From: an uncultured archaeon
GTDB taxonomy: Archaea > Aenigmatarchaeota > Aenigmatarchaeia > PWEA01 > JAGHBM01
Direction: 5' to 3'
Assembly (NCBI GenBank): GCA_964584335.1
Contig: CAZOZN010000004.1
Location: 1-64,000, forward strand
Length of the DNA stretch: 64,000 bases
Positions 52,069 through 62,388 of the stretch are shown piece after piece; the first letter of the stretch is position 1, and each line of letters starts with the position of its first letter. A program made the position numbers and the translations under genes. The notes under the pieces are model-generated. The model saw nothing but the letters and a program-made list of their open reading frames with translations. It did no database searches and was not told the origin of the DNA.

Positions 52069-52811
52069 CCACCATCTACGGTAACTGTTTCTCCGGTTAT
52101 ATAACTCGATGCTTCAGATGCAAGGTAAAGCACTGTAGTTATAAGTTCTCTCGGGTCTGCGGGTCTTTTTAGGGGAACTGTATTTTTTATCATTTCTTGC
52201 ATTTCTTTGCTTTCTAACAATTTTTCTGTCATTGGTGTGCCGAATACTCCAGGTGCGATACAGTTTACTTGAATATTATGTTTTCCCCATTCTGAAGCCA
52301 GACTCTTCGTTAGCATTATTACTCCTGCTTTAGTTACACTGTAACTTAAACCGCTCAGATAGGCAGATTTTCCTGCTATTGAAGCTATGTTTATTATTTT
52401 TCCGTAATTGTTCTTCATCATTTCTTTTCCGGCTTCTCTTGCACACAAAAATTGACCCTTCAAATTCACATCCATTATTTTTTCCCAAGAATTTTCGTCT
52501 ATTTCCTCAGGCAGGCCTGTTTTTAGTATACCTGCGTTATTTACAAGTATGTCTATTTTACCAAACTCATCCAAAGTTCTCTTTACCATCTCTTTGATAC
52601 TTTTTTTACTTGTTACGTCTGTTTTTATAAATATAGATTTTCTTCCCATTTTCTTTATTTCTTCCACGGTTTCTTTTGATTCATTTTCAAGTATGTCTGC
52701 TATAACTATGTCAGCTCCGCATTCACCCAGTCCAAGAGCCATGGATTTTCCCAAACCTCTGCTACCTCCAGTTACTATAGCCACTCTTCCGTCAAAATTA
52801 AAGTACTCCAT
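52050..52811 (-). CDS. Short-chain dehydrogenase (KduD/gluconate 5-dehydrogenase-like)
   Basis: TGGSRGLG, NNAG, YSVTK, VNCIAPG, VDGG. Confidence 0.92.
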   Translation of the reverse strand: MEYFNFDGRVAIVTGGSRGLGKSMALGLGECGADIVIADILENESKETVEEIKKMGRKSIFIKTDVTSKKSIKEMVKRTLDEFGKIDILVNNAGILKTGLPEEIDENSWEKIMDVNLKGQFLCAREAGKEMMKNNYGKIINIASIAGKSAYLSGLSYSVTKAGVIMLTKSLASEWGKHNIQVNCIAPGVFGTPMTEKLLESKEMQEMIKNTVPLKRPADPRELITTVLYLASEASSYITGETVTVDGGWSCHL

Positions 52812-52855
52812 AATCTTTTATTAACAAGAGTATTATATAAAATTATGGTGAATAG

Positions 52856-53806
52856 ATGCTAAGATTTTTGAAAGAATATTCTTATCATATAGAGAAAGCC
52901 TTTTCTATTGCTCCAAAAATAAAGCTAAAAGAAATTAATAAGATAGTTGTCGGAGGAATGGGAGGTTCTGCAATATCCGGTGATATTTTAAGGGACTACC
53001 TTGAAGATGAGATAGAAATACCGATATTTGTTGTAAGAAAATACAAACTTCCAAAATTTGTTGACAAAAATACACTTGTTTTCATGATATCTTATTCAGG
53101 AAACACCGAAGAAAGCCTTTCAATGTTAGAACATGCGAGAAAGAAAAAATGTCAAATAATTTTGGTTACTTCCGGTGGAAAGTTTTCTAGGAAGAGAGGT
53201 TTACCAATAATAAATATACCAAAGGGCCATGTGCCCAGAGTCGCATTGCCTTATCTTTTCTTCCCGATTTTAAAAGTTTTGCAAGATAACAAGATAATAA
53301 AAAACAAGGAAAAAGATGTTAGGGAAATTTCAAAATTATTGAAGTCTTTTGACTTGGATATGGCAAGGAACTTGTCAAAAAAGTTTTTCAGGAGAACACC
53401 GGTTTTTTACGGACCAGAAAATTACAGGGGAGTGCTTTACAGGTGGCAAACACAGTTTAATGAAAACAGTAAGAAGTTTGCCCATTATAACTGTTTTACA
53501 GAAATGAACCATAACGAAATTGTGAGCGATTTTAAGGACAACAAAGATGTTTTTGCCTTGATTATCAATGACGAAAAAATTAATAAAAGGATAAAGAGAC
53601 AGATGGCCTTGGGTAAAAAAATACTTTCAAAGGAAATAGAAGTTAATGAAATAAAAATAAAAGGTAGAAGTTTTCTTTCAAGAATTTTCTATGCCATTTA
53701 TCTCGGGGACTGTTTGAGTTTTTATTTATCTATTTTCAGGGCCGTTAAAACCGAGGAAACCAGGAACATTGATTTTATAAAAAAGGGACTTAAATGTACA
53801 AAATAG
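52856..53806 (+). CDS. Bifunctional phosphoglucose/phosphomannose isomerase
   Basis: GMGGSAISG, SYSGNTEE, PR.AL, QFNENSK, E.NHNE. Confidence 0.93.
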   Translation: MLRFLKEYSYHIEKAFSIAPKIKLKEINKIVVGGMGGSAISGDILRDYLEDEIEIPIFVVRKYKLPKFVDKNTLVFMISYSGNTEESLSMLEHARKKKCQIILVTSGGKFSRKRGLPIINIPKGHVPRVALPYLFFPILKVLQDNKIIKNKEKDVREISKLLKSFDLDMARNLSKKFFRRTPVFYGPENYRGVLYRWQTQFNENSKKFAHYNCFTEMNHNEIVSDFKDNKDVFALIINDEKINKRIKRQMALGKKILSKEIEVNEIKIKGRSFLSRIFYAIYLGDCLSFYLSIFRAVKTEETRNIDFIKKGLKCTK

Positions 53807-54660
53807 CTGTTGTTGTTGGAGGAACAAACACTAATCTTGCACTCTTTCGAAACAGCACAATATCCAAGAGAAAATACATGAAAACTAGAGCGGAAGAAGG
53901 TATTGATGTTTTTATTCAAAGACTCATTTCAAACATAAATGAAATTATAAAAAATAAAACTATTTCTGGAATTGGTCTGGGTGTCCCGGGATTTATTGAC
54001 ACAAAAAAGGGAATTTTGAAAAAATCTATATTATCTTCCTCACCCATATTCTTTAAAAAAATTCTAAAGAAAGAATTAGAAACAAATGTTTTTCTGGAGA
54101 ACGACGCAAAATGTGCTGCACTCGGTCTTCTTGAAAAAGAAAAAATAAAAAATTTCGTTCTTTTGACAATAGGAACAGGAATAGGCGGAGGAATTGTAAT
54201 TAACGGAGAACTTATGAAAGGAAGGGGAAATTCAGGAGAATTTGGTCATATGACTGTCAAAACAAACGGTGTAAAATGCACGTGTGGAAACAATGGATGC
54301 TTACAACAGTATGCCGCAAAACCTGCTTTCAGGCGACTTTCCAAAAAATACTTCAAGAAAATTATTACTCCTGAAAAACTTTATAAAATGGCTAAGGAAG
54401 GAAATAAAAAGGCCAATCTAATTTACGATGAGGTTGGCAAATGGCTTGGCGTGGGAATGGCAAACATTTCGAACTGTTTTGACCCGGAATTTATTTTCTT
54501 AACCGGAAAAATAACAAAAAGTGGTAATCTTTTGATAAATCCAGCAAAAGAAGAGATGAAAAAAAGGGTTTTTGTTGACCCATCTAAGGTCAAAATCTTG
54601 AAAAAAAATTACGAACTCTTTGGAGCTGCTTCTCTGATAAGGGCTTATAAGCAAAAATAA
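53794..54660 (+). CDS. ROK-family sugar kinase (glucokinase)
   Basis: ENDAKCAA, GTGIGGG, GEFGH, CTCGNNGCL; the N-terminal motif reads VVGGT rather than DxGGT. Confidence 0.88.
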   Translation: MYKIAVVVGGTNTNLALFRNSTISKRKYMKTRAEEGIDVFIQRLISNINEIIKNKTISGIGLGVPGFIDTKKGILKKSILSSSPIFFKKILKKELETNVFLENDAKCAALGLLEKEKIKNFVLLTIGTGIGGGIVINGELMKGRGNSGEFGHMTVKTNGVKCTCGNNGCLQQYAAKPAFRRLSKKYFKKIITPEKLYKMAKEGNKKANLIYDEVGKWLGVGMANISNCFDPEFIFLTGKITKSGNLLINPAKEEMKKRVFVDPSKVKILKKNYELFGAASLIRAYKQK

Positions 54661-54687
54661 TTTATATCCTCTTTTAATAATTTAAGT

Positions 54688-56709
54688 ATGAATGTAGACC
54701 CAAAGAAATATTTCTATAAGAACTATGTTCTTAGTAATGGTGGTGTTCATCTTTTTAGATTTGTAAATACTAATTTCGGGTCAAAGTGGGCAGGTGTCTG
54801 GAATTTTGACAAGAAATTATTGGATTATTGGGCTTACAAAATAAATGATGAATGGCTTTCTATGCATAATTGCAAAGATTTTGAAAATGATTATTGGCAT
54901 GCAAAACACAAACACGTAATAGGAGATATTAATGTAACAGAAGATGTTGTTCCTGCAAAGGAAAAGATTATAAGCTTGTTGAAAATAAAAAACAATTCCG
55001 ACTCTGAGAAAACTCTTAATATATTGCTCGAGGTTGGTGCAAATATAAGGTACAGAGATGAAAATTCTCACGATTATAAATATTCCGTAATTTCAAAAAA
55101 TAACTTGGTTGAGGTAAAAAACAAAATAGGTACCCTCTGTTTCGGTAGTTCTGAAGGCAAGTTTGTTAAGAAAGAGATTTACGAAGACCATAAACCCGGA
55201 AAATATGCCGGACATTGCGGTTATTTTGTGGAGCCTGGTTTGGGAGGAAGCTGGAACGAGGATGTTCAGTCAAAATATGTTCCGGGTGAATATTTTGTTG
55301 AGTTGAATATAGGACCCGACGAGGAAAGAATTGTACCTTTTATTTTTTCAGAATCCAAAATAAGCAAAGTCAGTAATTACAAAGAATTAATTGAAGAATC
55401 AAGGAAAGAATACGAAAACTTAAAGAAAAATTATGTAAATAACAAGTATCAGGATTTTTTTGATAAGACTTTGAGTTCCTTGATGTCTTTTAGAGTCGAT
55501 AACGGTTTTATTGCTGGCTACCCGTTCTTCAATGAGATTTGGGTCAGGGATGCTTGCTGGTGTTTGCCAGCATATCTTTATTTAGGCATGACGGATGAAG
55601 TAAGAAACTTTATTGATTTTGTTGGTGATAAAATAAAGAAAGGAAAAGTACCGAGCCTTATAAATTCAAAGGAAGCAATTTACAATTCTTCGGATGTTTC
55701 CCCGTTGTGGATAATAGGCTTGTACGATTACTTAGATTTTACCGGTGATAAGAAGTTTGGAAAATCTCTATTGAAAAAAGTTATTCAGGTTCTTGAATAC
55801 GGAATTAAGAAAATGAATAAATATGTTGTAATGGATGACGGGTTTACCTGGATGGATAGTATAGAAAGAAAAGGTGCTATAGACCTTCAGGCATTGTGGT
55901 CCCGTGCTTTCTATTGCGGCGGCAGGATACTTGAAATAAACAATAAAAATCCAAAAAAATATTATGATACCAGCTCTAAGATGATTGAAGAGATTAACAA
56001 GCATTACTGGAATGGAAAAGTTAAGGATAATGTTAGTAATAATTTTGAGTCACCGAACTTCCTTTTCCAGTTGGCTTTAATGCACACTTCAAAGGATGTA
56101 TCAAAGTTTTTGTCTAGGACAATGAAAAAAGAATACCTTACTTCGGTTGGGATTAAATCAAGACCGTCTTCAGACAGCAATTATGACCCAAAGGGCTATC
56201 ACACCGGTGCTGTATGGCCTTTTCTTACTTTAACTGCAGCCATGGCTCACTCGAACTATGATAATGTTAAAAACGCCAAGAAACTTCTGGATATAAACTT
56301 CTCTAATTTTGATAAGAACTGTATAAACGGTATAAATGAAATATTTTATGCAGACAATCTTAAACCCAGGGGTTGTACGTCACAGGCATGGTCTGTTGCA
56401 GGCATAATTCCTGTTTTTGATGGTTATTTTTTAGGGATAAAACCAAAACTTACCGAAGACATGATAATATTAAATCCTTACAATTTCTTTTTGAATAAAT
56501 TTAATAGGAGAATAAAAATTGGTGGTAAATTTGTTGAGCTTAATTACTCAAAGAATGGAGATAAAATCAAGCTTGATGTGAGTGGTTTGCCGGTAAAGGC
56601 AAAATTACCTAATTTTTATAAGGAAGTTTTTTTGAATGATAAGAAGGTAAATAGTAAAGTATTGATTTTAGAACCGAAAAAGAAACACTCTATTAGGCTT
56701 AAATTGTAA
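54688..56709 (+). CDS. Amylo-alpha-1,6-glucosidase (glycogen debranching enzyme family)
   Basis: AGYPFF..W.RD, TWMDS, YHTGAVWP, E........GC.SQAWS. Confidence 0.88.
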   Translation: MNVDPKKYFYKNYVLSNGGVHLFRFVNTNFGSKWAGVWNFDKKLLDYWAYKINDEWLSMHNCKDFENDYWHAKHKHVIGDINVTEDVVPAKEKIISLLKIKNNSDSEKTLNILLEVGANIRYRDENSHDYKYSVISKNNLVEVKNKIGTLCFGSSEGKFVKKEIYEDHKPGKYAGHCGYFVEPGLGGSWNEDVQSKYVPGEYFVELNIGPDEERIVPFIFSESKISKVSNYKELIEESRKEYENLKKNYVNNKYQDFFDKTLSSLMSFRVDNGFIAGYPFFNEIWVRDACWCLPAYLYLGMTDEVRNFIDFVGDKIKKGKVPSLINSKEAIYNSSDVSPLWIIGLYDYLDFTGDKKFGKSLLKKVIQVLEYGIKKMNKYVVMDDGFTWMDSIERKGAIDLQALWSRAFYCGGRILEINNKNPKKYYDTSSKMIEEINKHYWNGKVKDNVSNNFESPNFLFQLALMHTSKDVSKFLSRTMKKEYLTSVGIKSRPSSDSNYDPKGYHTGAVWPFLTLTAAMAHSNYDNVKNAKKLLDINFSNFDKNCINGINEIFYADNLKPRGCTSQAWSVAGIIPVFDGYFLGIKPKLTEDMIILNPYNFFLNKFNRRIKIGGKFVELNYSKNGDKIKLDVSGLPVKAKLPNFYKEVFLNDKKVNSKVLILEPKKKHSIRLKL

Positions 56710-56795
56710 TATAAAAGCCCAATAGCCCAAAAAAATTAAGAAAAGATTTAAATCAAGATGATAATTATTTACTATAGAATAGTACAAGTGATTCA

Positions 56796-57920
56796 ATGAA
56801 AGTGCTCATGATTGGCTGGGAATTTCCGCCCTATGTTTCCGGCGGACTCGGTACCCACACATACGAACTTACAAGGAAGATGCCGAATGAAGTTAATATA
56901 ACTTTTCTAATGCCTGACAGGGGTAAGTTGAATGTACCCTGGATGGATATAAAGAGAGTCAGGGTTTCTGTTGGTTTTGGACCCTATACAACATTTACTG
57001 GTTCTGTGTTATCCAATACAATAATGGAAAGTGTGCAAAATTATGCCAGAGAAGTCTGCAAGATGTCTGAAGGTGTTGATTTTGACGTAATACATGCTCA
57101 TGATTGGCTCACTGTTTTGGGTGGCATATGCGCAAAGAGAAAATCGGGAAAGCCGCTTATTTTTACTGTACATTCTACGGAATATGACAGGTCAATAGGG
57201 AATCCGTGCCCTTGGGTAATGGATGTGGAAAAGTATGGTATAAGAGAAGCAGACGGTATAATAGCTGTAAGCAAGAGAATAAAGAAACAAATTGTAGATA
57301 AATACGGGGCAGACCCCAAAAAAATAAGAGTAATATACAATGCTATTGATGCGTCTTCTTTTGATATGGGAATTAACCTTAAAAGTGACGAGGATATGAT
57401 ACTTTCTCTAGGAAGGTTAACTCTTCACAAGGGGATTGACCATCTTTTAAGGGCCGCCAAAATAGTTGTAGATAATCACCCAAAGGCAAAATTTGTTATA
57501 GCCGGAAAGGGTGATAAATTCAAGGAACTTCTCGAGCTTTCAATAGATTTAGGCATAGAGGATAATGTTTTTTTCCTTGGTTATGTGCCCCAAGAGGATA
57601 TACCGAGGCTTTATTCAAGGGCTGATGTTTTTGTATTGCCGTCCGTTTTTGAGCCTTTTGGTATAACCGCGCTTGAGGCCATGGCCGCAGGAACCCCCAC
57701 AATAATATCAAAAACTTCTGGAGTTTCAGAGGTAACCAGAAATGTTTTTAAGATAGATTTTTGGGATACAGAAAAAATGGCCAGCAGGATACTGGAGATA
57801 TTAAACTATAAAGAACTTTATCATGAAATGTCTAACAACTGTAAGAGCGAGGCAAAAACAATAACATGGGAAGATATAGGAAAAGAGACGAGAGATTTTT
57901 ATAAGTCTGTTATAAAATAA
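56796..57920 (+). CDS. GT4/GT5-type glycosyltransferase, probable glycogen synthase
   Basis: MIGWEFPP..SGGLG, HAHDW, HSTEYDR, PS.FEPFGITALEA. Confidence 0.9.
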   Translation: MKVLMIGWEFPPYVSGGLGTHTYELTRKMPNEVNITFLMPDRGKLNVPWMDIKRVRVSVGFGPYTTFTGSVLSNTIMESVQNYAREVCKMSEGVDFDVIHAHDWLTVLGGICAKRKSGKPLIFTVHSTEYDRSIGNPCPWVMDVEKYGIREADGIIAVSKRIKKQIVDKYGADPKKIRVIYNAIDASSFDMGINLKSDEDMILSLGRLTLHKGIDHLLRAAKIVVDNHPKAKFVIAGKGDKFKELLELSIDLGIEDNVFFLGYVPQEDIPRLYSRADVFVLPSVFEPFGITALEAMAAGTPTIISKTSGVSEVTRNVFKIDFWDTEKMASRILEILNYKELYHEMSNNCKSEAKTITWEDIGKETRDFYKSVIK

Positions 57921-57928
57921 TTATAGGT

Positions 57929-59125
57929 TTGGGTAATATGACAAAAGTTTGCATGTATTTTCAGGTACACCAGCCCTTCAGGCTGAGCACTTTCAATTAT
58001 TTTTCGAGTGGTTCTAATTACTTTGACGAAAAAAAGAATTCCGCTATTTTTGAAAAGGTTGCCAATAAATGTTACATACCCACGACAAAAAAGATAATTG
58101 AATTGGTTAAAAATCATCCAGAATTTAAGGTAAGTTTTTCGTTTTCCGGTGTTTTTCTTGAACAGGCCATGAAATACAAACCAGAGGTTATAGAGATATA
58201 CAAGAATTTGTATGATACCGGAAATATGGATATATTAAACGAGACTTATTATCATTCTCTTGCATATCTTGTGATGAACGAAGAATTTGATGAGCAGGTA
58301 AAGATGCACAGCAAGCTGATAAAAGATATTTTTGGCCACAAGGCAAAAGTTTTCAGGAACACCGAAGCCATGCTTTCAAATGACATGGCCAAGAAAGTAG
58401 ATTCAATGGGTTATAAAGGAATTGTCGGTGAAGGATGGGACAAGATACTGGGCTGGAGGTCTCCGAATTACATATATCAATCCAGCACTTCTGACATAAA
58501 ACTCCTTTTAAGAAATTACAGATTGAGCGATGACATAGGTTTCCGTTTCTCAAAAGCAGACTGGGTTGAGTATCCTCTTACTGCTGACAAATATGCTTCT
58601 TGGCTTTCTTCAACAAACGGACAAACTATAAACCTTTTTATAGATTATGAAACTTTTGGCGAGCATCAATGGAAGGAGACGGGGATATTTGATTTTCTTG
58701 AGTACCTTCCAAAAGAAGTTTCAAAACACAATAACCTTGAATGGGCAAAGATAAGCGAACTTGTTGACATGGAACCAAAGGACAGGGTAGACATACCGCA
58801 CATATTGTCATGGGCTGATGTAGACAGAGACCTATCTGCCTGGCTCGGGAACAAAATGCAGGACAGTGCATTCAGCAAAATGAAGAAAATAGGAAAAATG
58901 ATAAGAGAGTCCGGTGACAAGGAAATGATGGATATTTGGAGAAAGTTACAAACTTCTGACCATTTTTATTACATGTGCACTAAGTGGTTTGATGACGGAG
59001 ACATACACAAGTACTTTAACACTTACAAAAATCCTTACGAAGCATATTCTAACTACATGAATATACTGAATAATATCAGGTCAGAATTAGTTTCCAGAAC
59101 TTCTCTCAACAGCAAGAGCGTATGA
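57929..59125 (+). CDS. GH57 alpha-amylase
   Basis: HQPFRL, ETYYHSL, FRNTE, LSDDIGFRFS, DYETFGEH, QTSDHFYYM. Confidence 0.95.
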   Translation: MGNMTKVCMYFQVHQPFRLSTFNYFSSGSNYFDEKKNSAIFEKVANKCYIPTTKKIIELVKNHPEFKVSFSFSGVFLEQAMKYKPEVIEIYKNLYDTGNMDILNETYYHSLAYLVMNEEFDEQVKMHSKLIKDIFGHKAKVFRNTEAMLSNDMAKKVDSMGYKGIVGEGWDKILGWRSPNYIYQSSTSDIKLLLRNYRLSDDIGFRFSKADWVEYPLTADKYASWLSSTNGQTINLFIDYETFGEHQWKETGIFDFLEYLPKEVSKHNNLEWAKISELVDMEPKDRVDIPHILSWADVDRDLSAWLGNKMQDSAFSKMKKIGKMIRESGDKEMMDIWRKLQTSDHFYYMCTKWFDDGDIHKYFNTYKNPYEAYSNYMNILNNIRSELVSRTSLNSKSV

Positions 59126-60913
59126 ATTGATATAGCTTTTTATCTGTTCTTCCCAGCATGCCAGCTTTGCTATTTCATATGCCTTGAGTTCTATTTTCTT
59201 TCTTTCGTTTCTTTTTGTCATTATGTACTTTTCTAAGAGATTCGCAACTTTTTTTACAGTTTCTTCTCTGGGCTTGTTCACAGCTCCAACCACTTCTACA
59301 GGATTTATGTTTTTATTTTTTTGCTCTTTCTCTTTCTCGTAAAAATTTTTCTGTACAAATTTCCCAAACCCGGTATAATCTGTTGTTATTGCTATATTTC
59401 CGTATACTGCTGTTTCATGACCCATGTATCCCCAAGGTTCATACCTTGAGAGCATAACACCCAGATCGCTTGCTATTAATGCTTCTTTATAATCCAGTCC
59501 TAATAGCTCGTCTTCTCTGTTTAGGTAAACCGGATAAAAAATTATTTTTACATTATCTTCTTCTTTGTTTTCTAATCTATTTTCAACGATTTTTTTTATT
59601 ATCTGGTCATCTTCTTCTCTTGATGAAAGCTTGAATGCGTTTATTGGCGGGTTGAGTCCCTTCCTGCTTCTTATCTTACTGAAGCTGGTTTTTATGTCAG
59701 CGAAAATCTTGTTTGAAATTATGTCTGTTTTTTCTATATTTTCGCCTCTGGAAAGCTTTGATATTATTTTTTCTTTTATTTCTTCCCAGTCGAGGTCCAG
59801 TATTTCTTCGAGCCGGTCGTAAACAAGAAAATTACTTACTACTTCATCTTTTGCCGCTATTGTACCTCTAGGAACCCATATAAAAACTATTGCATTTTTT
59901 TTGGTTTTCTTTAGTTTCTTATTTAGTTCACCCAAGGCATCTATAAAAATATCATAACCTTTATTCTCGAATTCGTATCTCCCTGCCGTGAACAAGACAG
60001 GACAGTTTTCAACATCGATGGGGTAATAAGGTGCAAAGTACGCTCTTATAAAATCATTCATTTTTTTCCTGTAACCGGCTTTTTTGACCAGTAATTCACT
60101 TTGAGTCGGAACTTCTTCAAAGTCAAGACCGTTTACAGTTATTATATCAGGATTTTTGCCTAGAACTATACCAACTTCTTCACCTACAACATCGCTAACT
60201 GTTGTAAATACATCTGCTTTTTTTGCAGTCATTTTCTCCATTAAATGTTTACTTATAACTCCGTTTTCATATGCCTTTTCTTCTTTGTTTGTTTTTTTGT
60301 CCATAAAAGACATATCGTTCTTTGATGCCATGGTTCTTCCTAGCGTGGTTGCGTGAGTTGTAAAAACAGTAGAAACGTTTGAGTTTTTCATTTTTAGATA
60401 AAGAAGACCCGCTCCCGCCAGCCATTCATGAAAATGTGCCACAGAATTCTTATTCGGTTCCAGGTTGGATAATTTTTCTATCAATTTGCCTGCTGCATAT
60501 GACCAAGCAACAGGTTCTCTGTAATCATCACCTGCGTTAAGTGAGTCTATTTTGTATTTTTCCCACAGAATTTTATTTATTGTGTTTACATTGTTCCTTT
60601 GGAATTCTATTGTATCGAGCAGTATTATCGGTACATCATGTGCATCTGCCCATATACCGTATATGCAAGTTATTCCTTCTTTTTTTAACTCTCCGAATAT
60701 TTTCTTCATGTTCTGCGGAGGGTCCTTTTCAACTACTTCTATTAGAGAATTTTTTTTGTTGTAAAAACCTATGGTTATGTATTCATTACCATAAATTTTC
60801 TTCAAATATTTTGCCTTCGAGGCCAGTACGGTATGTATTCCGCCTACACGGTTACCTGCCTCAAAAGATACCTCGTATAACTTATCAACTAACTTAACTT
60901 TGTTTGATTTCAT
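59087..60913 (-). CDS. GT3-family glycogen synthase
   Basis: EVSFEAGNRVGGIHTV, HFHEW, FTTHATTLGR, GRYEFENKG, YEPWGY with E-x7-E. Confidence 0.92.
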   Translation of the reverse strand: MKSNKVKLVDKLYEVSFEAGNRVGGIHTVLASKAKYLKKIYGNEYITIGFYNKKNSLIEVVEKDPPQNMKKIFGELKKEGITCIYGIWADAHDVPIILLDTIEFQRNNVNTINKILWEKYKIDSLNAGDDYREPVAWSYAAGKLIEKLSNLEPNKNSVAHFHEWLAGAGLLYLKMKNSNVSTVFTTHATTLGRTMASKNDMSFMDKKTNKEEKAYENGVISKHLMEKMTAKKADVFTTVSDVVGEEVGIVLGKNPDIITVNGLDFEEVPTQSELLVKKAGYRKKMNDFIRAYFAPYYPIDVENCPVLFTAGRYEFENKGYDIFIDALGELNKKLKKTKKNAIVFIWVPRGTIAAKDEVVSNFLVYDRLEEILDLDWEEIKEKIISKLSRGENIEKTDIISNKIFADIKTSFSKIRSRKGLNPPINAFKLSSREEDDQIIKKIVENRLENKEEDNVKIIFYPVYLNREDELLGLDYKEALIASDLGVMLSRYEPWGYMGHETAVYGNIAITTDYTGFGKFVQKNFYEKEKEQKNKNINPVEVVGAVNKPREETVKKVANLLEKYIMTKRNERKKIELKAYEIAKLACWEEQIKSYINSYALAVERSSGN

Positions 60914-60949
60914 CGTGTCTCCTCTAAGGAATTAATAAAAATAAAAAAA

Positions 60950-61267
60950 TTATAATTTAAGCTTCTTTTTTAATTTGTTTGCTGCTGTCTTTTTTGTTCT
61001 AGATTTTTTTATTTCTTTTGCGAGCTTTTTTTCCTTGAAGACATCTTTTACCCAATTATAAAAGTCGTTTTTTTCTTTGTTTACGTGATAATCATAAGTT
61101 CCCTTGCTCATGTTTCTTAGTGCTGATTCTAGTTCTTTTAGGTTTTTAAGTACTCTTCCGTCGCAAAGCCAAAATCTCTTGTCTTCCGGTACATTCTTTA
61201 TTATCTTGCTTGATTTTTTGGATTTTTTTGTTTTCTTAGTTTTTTTCTTAACACCCTTTTTCACCAT
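60950..61267 (-). CDS. DUF5752-like small protein with Lys-rich N-terminus
   Basis: FWLCDGRVLKNLKEL...YHV....NDFYNWVKDVF...LA. Confidence 0.78.
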   Translation of the reverse strand: MVKKGVKKKTKKTKKSKKSSKIIKNVPEDKRFWLCDGRVLKNLKELESALRNMSKGTYDYHVNKEKNDFYNWVKDVFKEKKLAKEIKKSRTKKTAANKLKKKLKL

Positions 61268-61338
61268 TTTTTCACCTCAAAATTATTTAATGAAGCCTAA
61301 ATATAAACTTTTTATACTTATAGGGTCTTACAGTAAGT

Positions 61339-61494
61339 ATGTCAAAAGATGAGAACAAAATGCCAATGAGCACTGCAGGACTTACGAGATATTTTGATGA
61401 AAGCCCTGAAGCTCTCAAGCTAAGACCGGAACATGTTGCAGGTCTTATAGTAGGTCTTGTTTTTTTGGAGATATTTCTATACCTTTATCTTTAG
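61339..61494 (+). CDS. secG: Preprotein translocase Sec61beta/SecG subunit
   Basis: MPMSTAGLTRYFDE...KLRPEHV plus TM; not in the ORF track. Confidence 0.92.
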   Translation: MSKDENKMPMSTAGLTRYFDESPEALKLRPEHVAGLIVGLVFLEIFLYLYL

Positions 61495-61512
61495 AATTTA
61501 TTTATTCTTTGA

Positions 61513-62358
61513 GTGAAAAGTTTAATCATGAAGATATTACTGGGTCCTGCAGGCATACCTCTTTCAGCCAAGGGAAAGGGAACCATAGAAGGCATAAAGG
61601 AAGTAAGTAATTTAGGTCTCAGTGCAATGGAAGTCGAGTTTGTACGCGGAGTGAAGATGAAGAACCAAACAGCTGAAGAAATCGGTTTAGTGCGTAAAAA
61701 ATTCAATATAAAATTGTCTGTACACGCTCCTTACTACATTAATCTTGCTTCTTCTGACTACAAAAAGATAGAAGCTTCTAAGAAGAGAATTTTAAGGTCT
61801 TGTGAAAGAGCACATTACATGGGAGCAAGTCCTGTTGTTTTTCATCCAGCATACTATGGCAAATACAAGCCTGAAGAAGCTTATGATGTTGTGAAGAAAG
61901 AGATACTTGAAATAACTGATAGTATAAGAGATAACGGCTGGAAGGTAAAAATTGCTCCAGAAACTACGGGTAAAGTTTCCCAGTTTGGAACACTTGATGA
62001 ACTAGTGATGCTTCTAAAGGAAATAAAAGACAAAAACTGTGAGCTTTGTCTTGACTTCGCACACATGTGGGCGCGTTATCAGGGCAGTGTAGATTATAAT
62101 GATGTAATGAATAAGGCAAAATCTCTAAAGCAGGACCTTCTTCATACTCATTTTTCTCAGATTGAGTTTACAGAGAAAGGCGAACGCAGACATCTTACTT
62201 TTGAAGATGCTGATATGAAAACACCGCCCGTTATCGATGTTTGTAAAGCGATAATCAAATCAGGACAAAGCACAAGGATAATATCGGAGAGTCCTGTTCT
62301 TGAAGAGGATTCTTTTAAAATGAAAGATATATTCACCAAACTCGGATATAGTTTTTAA
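61513..62358 (+). CDS. nfo: Endonuclease IV (AP endonuclease family 2)
   Basis: SVHAPYYINL, VFHPAYY, ETTGK, DFAH, GERRH, ISESP; start may be ATG 61528. Confidence 0.92.
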   Translation: MKSLIMKILLGPAGIPLSAKGKGTIEGIKEVSNLGLSAMEVEFVRGVKMKNQTAEEIGLVRKKFNIKLSVHAPYYINLASSDYKKIEASKKRILRSCERAHYMGASPVVFHPAYYGKYKPEEAYDVVKKEILEITDSIRDNGWKVKIAPETTGKVSQFGTLDELVMLLKEIKDKNCELCLDFAHMWARYQGSVDYNDVMNKAKSLKQDLLHTHFSQIEFTEKGERRHLTFEDADMKTPPVIDVCKAIIKSGQSTRIISESPVLEEDSFKMKDIFTKLGYSF

Positions 62359-62388
62359 TTATTTAATTAAAGCATTACAATTATTTTT

